From positions 124,001 through 188,000 of IMG/VR virus record IMGVR_UViG_3300008110_010000: a stretch of 64,000 nucleotides of DNA. One strand, written 5' to 3'. The notes under the pieces are model-generated. The model was not told the DNA's origin. It saw only the letters and a program-made list of their open reading frames with translations, and searched no databases. A program made the position numbers and the translations under genes. This document shows, one piece after another, positions 1 to 8,643 of the stretch. The first letter of the stretch is position 1. Every line of letters starts with the position of its first letter.

Positions 1-2
1 AC

Positions 3-707
3 TTGATCCTTCCCTTTTCTAGATTTCAGCTAAGAGCTGATTCCCGGGGTAAGGAATTAAGATTGAGATTTATTGATCTTGATTTTAAATATGAGGAAAC
101 ATCAAGTAGGGATATGGTTTTTACTATGGGAATGAGCGGAAATTGGAATTATTCCAACGATGTTTTCTCCATTCCAAACCACACACATCTAAGAATTGTT
201 GATTCCAAGTATGGCATTCTTGGATTACATGACGTTAGAAGATTTGCCAGATGGGACTGGAGAGGATGGAATCCGGAAAGAGGTCCGGACCCAGATACTG
301 AATTTGATTCTTTCGTTGACAACATTTACAAGAATATTCAAACGGACAGGGTTTTTAATAAACCCGTGTATGAAGTATTAATGAACCAAAAATATTTTAA
401 CGGCGTAGGAAATTACTTAAGAGCGGAGATTCTAGGAAGAATCGATTCAGATCCCACAGCTTCTGCCAGAGAATATATTCTTCTTAATGGACCTGAATTT
501 TTTGCTATTCTTTCTAAGGTTATTAAGGAATCCTATATCCTAGGAGGAGGACAATTTAAAGATTGGTACAATCAGGCAGATTTGGAAAAGAAAAAAAGTA
601 AAGAATTTCAAGCATGGATGAAATTCTATTTACATAAAGAAAGGTGTATTGCAATTAAAGATTCGTCTAAAAGAACTTTTTGGATGGATAAAAAATGGAT
701 AAAATGA
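3..707 (+). CDS. nei: Fpg/Nei-family DNA glycosylase/AP lyase, NEIL1-like zincless-finger type (5'-truncated at window edge)
   Basis: Motifs RGKELRL, GMSG, HLR, DVRRFARW, RGP and the H2TH signature LMNQKYFNGVGNYLRAEIL. No C-terminal 4-Cys zinc finger. The N-terminal catalytic PE motif lies outside the window. Confidence 0.88.
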   Translation: MILPFSRFQLRADSRGKELRLRFIDLDFKYEETSSRDMVFTMGMSGNWNYSNDVFSIPNHTHLRIVDSKYGILGLHDVRRFARWDWRGWNPERGPDPDTEFDSFVDNIYKNIQTDRVFNKPVYEVLMNQKYFNGVGNYLRAEILGRIDSDPTASAREYILLNGPEFFAILSKVIKESYILGGGQFKDWYNQADLEKKKSKEFQAWMKFYLHKERCIAIKDSSKRTFWMDKKWIK

Positions 708-1399
708 TAAGTAAAGAAGACCTTAAAAAAATTCTATATTTCGACATCGAAACTGCTGGGATAACGAATACTTTCGAAGAGCTTGAAATTGAAAATCCTA
801 GACTTGCTAAATTGTGGGAAAAAAGATCATCCTGGCTCTTGAAAAATTCAGGTGAAGAGATGAAAGATTATTCTCCAGCAGATTTTTGGAAGGTTAAATC
901 TTCGTTGCACCCGGAGTTCTCCAAAATCGTTTGCATAACTTTTGGATGCTATGATGAAGATAAATCAATCAGGCTAGTTTCTTTTTCCGGTGAAGAGGAT
1001 CAAATTCTGATGGATTCCAACAAGATCTTTAATAACGCATTTACAAAAGGATGGAAACTTGCAGGACATACGATTAAAAATTTTGACATTCCCTTTGTTG
1101 GAAAGAGAATGATAATCAATAAAATTAAGCCTTCCCATTTGGTAGCATATCTGAATAGAAAACCCTGGGAATCTCCACACCTAGACATATCTGAGATTTT
1201 TGCTTTTGGAGGATGGGGACAAACTCACACTTCACTTGATTTAATGGCTTGCGTTCTGGGTATAGAATCCCCTAAAGACGATATGGACGGATCAATGGTC
1301 CATGAATACTTCTATGAGGGAAAGATTGAGAACATTAAAAAGTACTGCGAAATGGATGTGACTGTTCTGATGAAGTGCTTTGATGCTCTTTCTTTTTAA
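695..1399 (+). CDS. 3'-5' exonuclease related to the PolB proofreading domain (DEDD); true start may be ATG 704
   Basis: ExoI YFDIET, ExoII GHTIKNFDIPF, ExoIII YCEMDV, plus SLDLMACVLGIESPK typical of stand-alone PolB-exo2 proteins. ATG 704 forms an ATGA overlap with the upstream stop. Confidence 0.88.
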   Translation: MDKMISKEDLKKILYFDIETAGITNTFEELEIENPRLAKLWEKRSSWLLKNSGEEMKDYSPADFWKVKSSLHPEFSKIVCITFGCYDEDKSIRLVSFSGEEDQILMDSNKIFNNAFTKGWKLAGHTIKNFDIPFVGKRMIINKIKPSHLVAYLNRKPWESPHLDISEIFAFGGWGQTHTSLDLMACVLGIESPKDDMDGSMVHEYFYEGKIENIKKYCEMDVTVLMKCFDALSF

Positions 1400-1420
1400 T
1401 CTAATTACAACTATAGTACT

Positions 1421-1460
1421 ACACCCTAGGATATATACTTTTAAAATATTCCTAGGGTGT
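1421..1460 (+). promoter_or_regulatory. Inverted repeat enclosing a GATATATA motif and covering the GTG start of the nucleotidyltransferase gene
   Basis: ACACCCTAGGA (1421-1431) pairs perfectly with TCCTAGGGTGT (1450-1460). GATATATA at 1430-1437, GTG start at 1457-1459. Confidence 0.6.
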
Positions 1461-2200
1461 TTCGTATACAAAATTTTAAAGACTGGTCGCTAAACGAGGA
1501 TCGTTTCTATCAAAAGGAGCTAAATACTGTTTTTTGGAAGAATGGCTCGTTCGACTCTGGGGTAAGAGAAAAACTTCTAGATATAGCCCAGGATTTCTAC
1601 TCGATCTTTAAAATAGAACTGCCGATAGATGATATTCAATTAACCGGATCTCTGGCAAATTATAACTGGACCCCAAAATCAGATCTTGATGTTCACGTTT
1701 TAATCGATTTTTCACAGATAGATTCCAATAAAGAGCTTGTAAAAAAAGCTTTTGATGGACAAAGATTCATATGGAATCTAAGGCATAACATTGTTATCAG
1801 AGGGTATGATGTTGAACTTTACCTACAAGACATAAACGAACCCCATGTAGCATCCGGACTTTTTTCCCTTAAAAACAACGAATGGATTAGAATTCCTTCT
1901 TATAATCCTCCTCAGATAGACGAAAGAGATGTGGATTTGAAATATGATGGTATTATAAACGATATAGACAGTGTGGATATAGAACTTTCTAAAACAGACT
2001 CCGAAATGGATGCCAGAGAGGTACATCAGCACGCAGAAAGGGTTAAATCCAAGATCATGAAAATGAGAAAGGAAGGCCTAGAAACCAGAGGAGAATTCTC
2101 AGTAGAGAACCTAGTCTTTAAAAAGTTGAGAAACGAAGGATATATACAGAAGTTAATCGATCTTATATCAAGATCGTACGAAAAAATTTATAGTGAATAA
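1457..2200 (+). CDS. Pol-beta-superfamily nucleotidyltransferase with capsid-targeting-like N-terminus
   Basis: hG[S]x9DxD signature LTGSLANYNWTPKSDLDVHV and third acidic strand YDVELY. N-terminus FRIQNFKDWSLNE. Confidence 0.8.
   Translation: MFRIQNFKDWSLNEDRFYQKELNTVFWKNGSFDSGVREKLLDIAQDFYSIFKIELPIDDIQLTGSLANYNWTPKSDLDVHVLIDFSQIDSNKELVKKAFDGQRFIWNLRHNIVIRGYDVELYLQDINEPHVASGLFSLKNNEWIRIPSYNPPQIDERDVDLKYDGIINDIDSVDIELSKTDSEMDAREVHQHAERVKSKIMKMRKEGLETRGEFSVENLVFKKLRNEGYIQKLIDLISRSYEKIYSE
2139..2146 (+). promoter_or_regulatory. Putative late promoter motif GATATATA (upstream of the 2212 gene)
   Basis: Exact motif about 65 nt upstream of ATG 2212, but inside the preceding CDS. Confidence 0.35.
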
Positions 2201-2211
2201 AAAACAATAAG

Positions 2212-4767
2212 ATGTCAGGAATTTACAAAGGATACAATCCAGTATACGAATCCCTAAAAAGAGAGATTTTTGAAGCAGAATCTAAAGTAGACCTAAGTGT
2301 CTTAGGAAGAACTATTTATGACACGTTCGTTAATGTTATCATGAATAGCTCAGATGAAGCAATTAAGACTCCGGATGGTTTCAAAGCTTTCATGGACAGA
2401 GTTTTACAATCTAGTTCTTTAGAAGGAATTAGAAGTGAATTTCAAAAGAAGCTAGATATGGTTGCAGCTAGTGACAAAGTTCAGGCACAATCAATCAATG
2501 CATCCAAAACTTATCTGGATCAGCTTTTTGCTCAATTGACCGAATTAGTCGGTAAAGACGCAAAGGGGATGAAAGATGTATTAGGCATGATGGGTGGCTT
2601 TGTTGGATCCACGGTTTCTGGTTTACAAGGAGTACAAGCTCAATTAGCACAAAATGAAAGTTTAGTAACTAAATATATTGCTGAAGCAGATGAAGAACTT
2701 ACCGGTGAAGAATCTAGCTCCGAGGAAGGACTGGCAGATAAATGGTATACACAATTATCTAAGAACGTTTTAGACAGTGCAACATCTTTTGCTGGTGAAA
2801 CATCCGCAGCAATGAGCAACAAAAATTTAGCAGGTGATGCTGGAATCGTTGCTTTTTCTGAGGCAGCACAAAAATACTTAGACCAAGCTAAAGATTTATC
2901 TATTACTAGCGGTAGAAGAGGAATCCTAAAATTAGGAAAACTTCAAACTGCCTCAGGCACTATGAGAGGCAAAGATTATAGAGTTAAAGCTCAGAATTTA
3001 ATAAATGAGATTATCAGACAAAGAGAGGAATTTCAGAAACTAAAATATAGACTTTCTAATGTTCCTGCTCCTCCCACTCCAGTGGTAATGTGTCCAGCAG
3101 GAATGGCGTTTGATAAGACTAAAAATGCTTGCGTTTTTGTAACCAAACCTCCTAGAATAGAAGGGGAAGGACCTACACCCTTACCTAAACCTCCGGTACC
3201 AACTCCCCCAGTTCCCCCAACAGGATGTACTTTCCCTGTTGCAATAGGAGCTAAAAAGTGTTCAGAGGTAGCAAATCTACAAAGCAAGTTAATTTCAATG
3301 GATTCCTGTATCGCTGATATTCTTAATAAAGCAGGAGGTGCTGATGGGAGATACGGAAGGGTAACTGCTAAACTTGCAAATATTACCTATGCTTACCTAA
3401 GGGGATCAAATACTTTTGACGCTTCAGGAAGTTTAACAAAGGAAATGTTTGACACCATTATGGCAGGAGGTTCAGTACCCCTACCTTATTACGATATTGC
3501 TACACCTAAAAAAGAATCAGTTGACATATCAAAAGTAATGGAAAACAAAATATTCGAGAGAGAATATCAGGTTGGACCAGTTATTTCTTTTGACGATTTT
3601 TCTGAAATAGTTTCTGAAGCAGCTTATGAGATAAGTGAGGATGGTGTCGCAACCAACGTTGCTTCACCTTCATTAGGTAGTTGTATATGTAAAACATACG
3701 CCGACGGAGTAATCGACCCCGCATGCAAATTTTCTCCAGTTCCTGTTCCAATAACAGGCGGAACAGGGGGCACCGGTGCTACCGGTGCTACCGGTGCTAC
3801 AGGAGACCAAATACCAACCAGAGAAGATTGGAAGGGTCTTAAATATGTAAATAGCGGATCTTATCCAGTTTCATTTGACGAAAGTTTATTGAGTGCATGG
3901 ACCAAAGAAGTTGCTATGGCAGTGATAGGATACTTTTCGGGAGGATCTTCATATCTCATTAGAGCAGGAGGTACCGGTCTTAAAGCCCTAGGTATTAAAG
4001 CAGCTTCTAAAGTGGGTGCGACAAAACTAGCTCAAAGAATAGGAGCAACAGCAGTTGGTAAAGTCGCAGCTCAACAGACTGCCAGAACAGCTGCTAGATT
4101 AAGTTCCCTATCTGCAGGATATTTTGCTAAATATGGAGCGATTCCTATTGCTAAAAGAGTAGCAGGGGGTTTCATCGGTGGAACTGTTGGTTCGGCGGCA
4201 TTAGATTTTCTTGCAGGAAGAAACTCTTATGTAATCACAGTGACTGAAGGCTATATAGAAAGAACTAACCTTCTAGGTGCGATAAACGGTATGGTTGATA
4301 CTATTGATGGTTACGTTAGTGACGATGATTGGGCAACAATCACTACAGTTCTTGCAATTATTAAAGGAGCATGGACTACAGACGAATCAGATAAACCAGT
4401 TTCAGCCTGGGGAGAATTAAAAAAACTATATCAAGAAGCAGAAGGTGAGGATCTAACAGCAGACATCGATAGTGTTTCGGCTAAATTTGGAGACGTTGAA
4501 GGTTATCCTAAGATTAAATCTCTTTCCCCACTTTCTTCAGTTCAAGACCTTGATTGGGACATAGCCGCTTCAGAAACCAAAAGGTTTGCAGAACTATTGG
4601 ACAGAAACGAATCTGCATTAGCAGAAAATCTAAGAAAACTCCCAGATAATTATGTTCAGGCCTTCGTAGAGCAAAATTTCGTAGAATATGATGAGGAAGG
4701 AAATATCGAAGGTGAAGAAAATACAGGAGCTCCTGCAGAAGATGCAACAAAGAAAAAGGGTCTATAA
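2212..4767 (+). CDS. Large putative virion/internal-head protein with Pro-rich linker, peptidoglycan-binding-like motif and Gly/Ala-rich hydrophobic segment
   Basis: VANLQSKL...GADGRYGRVT resembles PG_binding_1 (DGxFGxxT). Hydrophobic Gly-zipper-like stretch about 3890-4215. Adjacent to head genes. Confidence 0.5.
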   Translation: MSGIYKGYNPVYESLKREIFEAESKVDLSVLGRTIYDTFVNVIMNSSDEAIKTPDGFKAFMDRVLQSSSLEGIRSEFQKKLDMVAASDKVQAQSINASKTYLDQLFAQLTELVGKDAKGMKDVLGMMGGFVGSTVSGLQGVQAQLAQNESLVTKYIAEADEELTGEESSSEEGLADKWYTQLSKNVLDSATSFAGETSAAMSNKNLAGDAGIVAFSEAAQKYLDQAKDLSITSGRRGILKLGKLQTASGTMRGKDYRVKAQNLINEIIRQREEFQKLKYRLSNVPAPPTPVVMCPAGMAFDKTKNACVFVTKPPRIEGEGPTPLPKPPVPTPPVPPTGCTFPVAIGAKKCSEVANLQSKLISMDSCIADILNKAGGADGRYGRVTAKLANITYAYLRGSNTFDASGSLTKEMFDTIMAGGSVPLPYYDIATPKKESVDISKVMENKIFEREYQVGPVISFDDFSEIVSEAAYEISEDGVATNVASPSLGSCICKTYADGVIDPACKFSPVPVPITGGTGGTGATGATGATGDQIPTREDWKGLKYVNSGSYPVSFDESLLSAWTKEVAMAVIGYFSGGSSYLIRAGGTGLKALGIKAASKVGATKLAQRIGATAVGKVAAQQTARTAARLSSLSAGYFAKYGAIPIAKRVAGGFIGGTVGSAALDFLAGRNSYVITVTEGYIERTNLLGAINGMVDTIDGYVSDDDWATITTVLAIIKGAWTTDESDKPVSAWGELKKLYQEAEGEDLTADIDSVSAKFGDVEGYPKIKSLSPLSSVQDLDWDIAASETKRFAELLDRNESALAENLRKLPDNYVQAFVEQNFVEYDEEGNIEGEENTGAPAEDATKKKGL

Positions 4768-4772
4768 AAATA

Positions 4773-4780
4773 GATATATA
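4773..4780 (+). promoter_or_regulatory. Putative late promoter motif GATATATA
   Basis: Exact motif in the intergenic gap 20 nt upstream of the prohead protease ATG. Confidence 0.65.
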
Positions 4781-4800
4781 CAAAAATAAAATAACAAAGA

Positions 4801-6791
4801 ATGAGTCTTAATAACGAATTCGTTTTAGTCCTTGAAAAATCTTCACATAATATGAAGATGGAGAAAAACGGAAGCGATTATTTCCTAGAAGGAATCGCTG
4901 CTGTTTTTGGTAAGGAGAACTCAAATCAAAGAATCTATGAGGAAAGAGAATATCTCCCCCATCTTCAATATTTGAAAGAAAAAATAGACCAAAAAAGATT
5001 AGTAGGTGAATTAGATCACCCTAAGGAATTTGATGTGTCTCTTAAAAACATTTCTCATATCATTGAGGGACTTAACTATAATCAGGACGACAGAACACTT
5101 CGTATTAAGGTTAAACTTTTAGATACTCCAGCCGGTAAAATAGCTAAGTCTTTAGTTGATGCTGGTGTACCGGTTTCCATTTCTTCGAGAGCAGCTGGTA
5201 ACGTTCTAGAAAACAAAAAAGTGCAAATTAAAAAGATCTTTACATATGATTTAGTGGCAGATCCTGGTTTTGAAAATGCACAGCTTGAGAGAGTTTATGA
5301 AAGTCTTGGATATAACGCTGAGCAAAAAAGCATGGCAGAATCTATCATAAAAGGACTCCCTTTAGTTAACGAAAGTCTTGGATTAGAAAATGATTCAAAT
5401 TTTAAGATATATAGAATAAACGATCAGGAAAAAATAAAAAAGCTTCTAGATAAGGAGCCAAATAAGAGTTTAATCATGGAAAATAATTTCGTTACAGCGG
5501 AGGAAATGAACGGATACTCTAAACTAATTAAAAAGGAGATGGATACTATTAAAGGATCTATTGAATCTTTAAGAACTGTTAAGGGAGAGCCTGTTAAGGA
5601 ATCGAATTCCTCTCTTGAAGAAAGAGTAGCAAAATTGGAAAAGTATGCTGATTATTTGGCAGAAAATCTTGAAGCCTCTATTAAATATGGTGAATACCTA
5701 GCTGAGAATCTAGAAGATTCTGTTTCTTATTCCAAATATTTAGCAGAGAATCTTGATAAATCTATTTCTTATGCTAAGTACCTTGCAGAACATTTGGATA
5801 ACAATATTTCTTACTCTGAATACATCGCAGAAAATGTTGACAATAACATGTCAGCAGTTAAATCTATATCTGAGAGATTAGATCAAGGTATTGCTTACAC
5901 AGAATATGTAGCAGAAAGCGTAGATAAGAATATTAAGTACAGCGAGTATCTTGCTGAGAACTTAGATAAAAATATTTCTTATTCGGAATACCTTGCAGAG
6001 AACGTAGATAAGAACATNNNNNNNNNNNNNNNNNNAACCTAGACAAAGGATTAGCCTATGCTGATTATCTAGGAGAAAATCTTGATAAAACAGTTCAGTA
6101 CAGCGATTATTTAGCTGAAAAGCTTTCTAAGAATATTAGCTATGCTGAATATATTGCCGAGACAGTTAATTCTTCAAACGGCACTAAGGAAATGAAAGAA
6201 GCGGTAACTAAAGCAATTTCAGAGAACACAAATACTTCTGGATATGCTGGAGATTACAGCAAAATTTCAAACAAAATCGACAACTTATTAAATACCGTTA
6301 GTAAACAAAAAACGGAACAAATAGCAGAAGCTAAGAATTTTCCTTTCTTGGGTCTTATGAGCCAAGCAAATCAGACACAATTCTTATCCCTGCATGAGGG
6401 CCAAAAACAAAAGGTCGCTAAAGCGTTGAACGAAAGCAACTACTCATCCGAAAAAGAGGTAGTTGAAATCATGGGTAAAGCTCTGGTTGAACAAAATCAA
6501 TCTGGAGAAAAGTTCTTAGACATGATGCCAGAAAAATATAGAGGAGCTTGGGAAAGCATGAACGAGGGTCAAAAAGCCTCTATCATTGCTCAAAGCAAAT
6601 TCTATAGACTGGACACACCTTACCAAATCCAGAACTTCTGGGCTACTAGGGGTATTTCAGTTCCAAAGGCAAATGTGGAAAGAATAGACGAATCCCAAAA
6701 TCAAACAATCTCAGCTTCTCAGCCAAAGGCAGTCTCTAGAGAATATCTACAGAACCTTTCAGAGGCTTTAGAAGCTAGATTTAAAAAATAA
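4801..6791 (+). CDS. gp21: Prohead core protease (T4 gp21-like) fused to scaffolding protein; one gene split in the ORF track by an assembly gap
   Basis: N-terminal GELDHP, SISSRAAG, TYDLVADPGF are gp21-type motifs. The YxxYLAENL repeats continue after the Ns (from 6036: NLDKGLAYADYLGENL...) in frame with the 6192-6791 ORF. Directly upstream of the MCP. Confidence 0.88.
5641..6168 (+). repeat. In-frame 42-bp (14-aa) tandem repeat, at least 12 copies, consensus xYxEYLAENLDKxI
   Basis: KYADYLAENLEASI, KYGEYLAENLEDSV, SYSKYLAENLDKSI, SYAKYLAEHLDNNI, SYSEYIAENVDNNM, (degenerate SAVKSISERLDQGI), AYTEYVAESVDKNI, KYSEYLAENLDKNI, SYSEYLAENVDKN, [gap], AYADYLGENLDKTV, QYSDYLAEKLSKNI, SYAEYIAETV. Confidence 0.92.
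6018..6035. other. Assembly gap (18 N) inside the scaffold repeat
   Basis: Run of N in the sequence; the flanks are out of frame with each other, consistent with a mis-sized gap in a tandem repeat. Confidence 0.97.
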
Positions 6792-6805
6792 CATTTTTTT
6801 CAAAA

Positions 6806-8545
6806 ATGCAACTAATTAATCAACATGAAATCTATGAAACCTGGGCTCCAGTACTTGAGAGCAAAACAGGTATTCAAGAGAAAGGCAAATTAGATTGGTT
6901 AACCAAATATTGCCATTATCACTCTCTAAACGAATCTGCTGGTGCGTACAACACTCTTGGCGTACTTGGCGGTATGGGTCAAATTGCTGCTCCTTCAAAC
7001 GTAGGTCTTTCTGGCGGTCCTGCTGGCTTTTATGCTGGTGGTTCTTATGCTGGTACAGGTCTTGGTTCTGGTGACAAATTCCCTTCACTTCTTCCGCTTG
7101 CTATTCAGGTAGCTGCTAAGACAGTAGGTTTTGACATTGTTCCAGTTATCCCAATGAGCGGTCCTACAGGAGTACTTAGCTATCTTGACTATGTATATGC
7201 TGGTGGTAAGCTTTCTGGTACTGACACAGTATCTCCTTACACAGCTTCTTCCCCTGACCTTATTAAAGTTCCTTCCTCAACAGCTTCTCCAGTATCTGGT
7301 TTAACTGTAGGATCAACTTACCTTCTAGGTGCTGCAGGTCTTTCTTCAACAAAAGATCTTGATAGTGCTGGTGTTGGTGCTCTTGTAGCTGGTAAATATG
7401 TTGGTAACTCTCGTATCGATGGTTTTCCAATTTTCCAAGTAATAGCTCAAACAACTGGTTTCTCAATTGCTCAAGCAATCGATGCAGATGCAGTTATCTA
7501 CTCTGGTTCATTCAATACAGGAACAAACGTTTACACAATCTCTGCAACAGTAGGCTATGCTAACGGTGCTGCAGTATTAGTTAAGACTCTAGAAGATCAC
7601 GTACAAGGTGCTTCTGGTGCTGGTCTTGACAACACAAACGCTTGGCAAGGTCCATACGTAGACGGTACAAAAGCCTACGATCCTATGTCAAGAGGTACAG
7701 CTGAAAGTACTTATTTCAAGTCTCTTGGTTTAACTACTTTCACTAAGTTCGTAGAAGCTGGAACTTTCCAAGTTGCTGCTTCTGTGACAACTGAGCAAAT
7801 CCAAGATCTTAACAAGCAATTCGGTATCGACGTAGTTTCTATGATCGAAAACGCACTTGTTAATGAGGTTTCTCAGGCGATCAACAAGCACATCCTTTCT
7901 AGAGCATTTGCTCTTGGATGGTCTAACCACGCTGAATTCAAGAACACAGAAGGTACTAACCTTAACTTGAACTTGAAATTCACTGGAGGTGGATCTAACT
8001 TAACCTTCATCGGTAAAGATAACGCTCAGCTTGTAATTGCTGGTGGTACTGCTATCGGTACAGGTGGTTATGAGAACCAGTCAACTGTACAAAGAAGACT
8101 ATTCTCAAGAATCCTTGCTGCTGCTAACGTGGTTGCAAACAGAGGAAGAAGAGGCCCTGCTAACTTCATCGTTACTAACTCTCAAGTTGCCTCTGCTTTA
8201 CAGGATATCTCTCAGTTCACTTTCGCTCCTTTCACAAACACTCTTACTCAGAACAACGGTACACTTTACCCAGTTGGTTCTATCGCTGGTATGACAGTTT
8301 ATGTTGACCAGAACATGTCTTTCGGAGACACAAGAGTGCTAGTAGGTAGAAAAGGTGGAGACGACGAACCAGGTCTTAAGTTCATGCCTTACATGATGGC
8401 TGAGTCAATTCAGACTATCTCTGAAGGTACTATGTCACCTAAGATTGCAGTTAAATCTAGATACGCTCTAGTTGAGGCTGGTCACCATCCTCAAACAATG
8501 TACATCTGCTTCCACGTAGAAGTACCTGCAACTGGTATTGCTTAA
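6806..8545 (+). CDS. gp23: Major capsid protein, T4 gp23-like, with a large Ser/Thr/Gly/Ala-rich insertion
   Basis: VVPVIPMSGPTG-type motif (IVPVIPMSGPTGVLSYLDY), EINKHIL-like segment, RGRRGPANFIVT, FMPYM...PKIAVKSRYAL. Strong highly-expressed codon bias. Follows the protease/scaffold. Confidence 0.95.
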   Translation: MQLINQHEIYETWAPVLESKTGIQEKGKLDWLTKYCHYHSLNESAGAYNTLGVLGGMGQIAAPSNVGLSGGPAGFYAGGSYAGTGLGSGDKFPSLLPLAIQVAAKTVGFDIVPVIPMSGPTGVLSYLDYVYAGGKLSGTDTVSPYTASSPDLIKVPSSTASPVSGLTVGSTYLLGAAGLSSTKDLDSAGVGALVAGKYVGNSRIDGFPIFQVIAQTTGFSIAQAIDADAVIYSGSFNTGTNVYTISATVGYANGAAVLVKTLEDHVQGASGAGLDNTNAWQGPYVDGTKAYDPMSRGTAESTYFKSLGLTTFTKFVEAGTFQVAASVTTEQIQDLNKQFGIDVVSMIENALVNEVSQAINKHILSRAFALGWSNHAEFKNTEGTNLNLNLKFTGGGSNLTFIGKDNAQLVIAGGTAIGTGGYENQSTVQRRLFSRILAAANVVANRGRRGPANFIVTNSQVASALQDISQFTFAPFTNTLTQNNGTLYPVGSIAGMTVYVDQNMSFGDTRVLVGRKGGDDEPGLKFMPYMMAESIQTISEGTMSPKIAVKSRYALVEAGHHPQTMYICFHVEVPATGIA

Positions 8546-8567
8546 TCTTAATTAAGTACTCAATTAT

Positions 8568-8597
8568 AAAACCCTCGATGAAAATCGGGGGTTTTTT
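8568..8597 (+). terminator. Rho-independent terminator after the major capsid gene
   Basis: AAAACCCTCGAT-GAAA-ATCGGGGGTTTTTT: stem with one G-U pair, GNRA loop and U tract. Confidence 0.88.
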
Positions 8598-8619
8598 GTT
8601 GCCTTTTAATTTGTTTAGT

Positions 8620-8627
8620 GATATATA
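8620..8627 (+). promoter_or_regulatory. Putative late promoter motif GATATATA
   Basis: Exact motif between the MCP terminator and ATG 8644. Confidence 0.65.
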
Positions 8628-8643
8628 AAGAAAAAGTTGTGCT

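Noticed and set aside
3760-3803. Collagen-like domain
   Set aside because: Only about five Gly-X-Y triplets, too short for a triple helix.
5641-6168. 42-bp and about 69-bp (36319-36807) periodic repeats as CRISPR arrays
   Set aside because: They are in-frame, degenerate at synonymous positions and have no unique spacers; they are protein repeats.
6018-6191. Apparent frameshift or pseudogene splitting the protease/scaffold gene
   Set aside because: The break coincides with an 18-N assembly gap in a tandem repeat, and the repeats resume in frame with the downstream ORF. This is an artefact, not a programmed frameshift.
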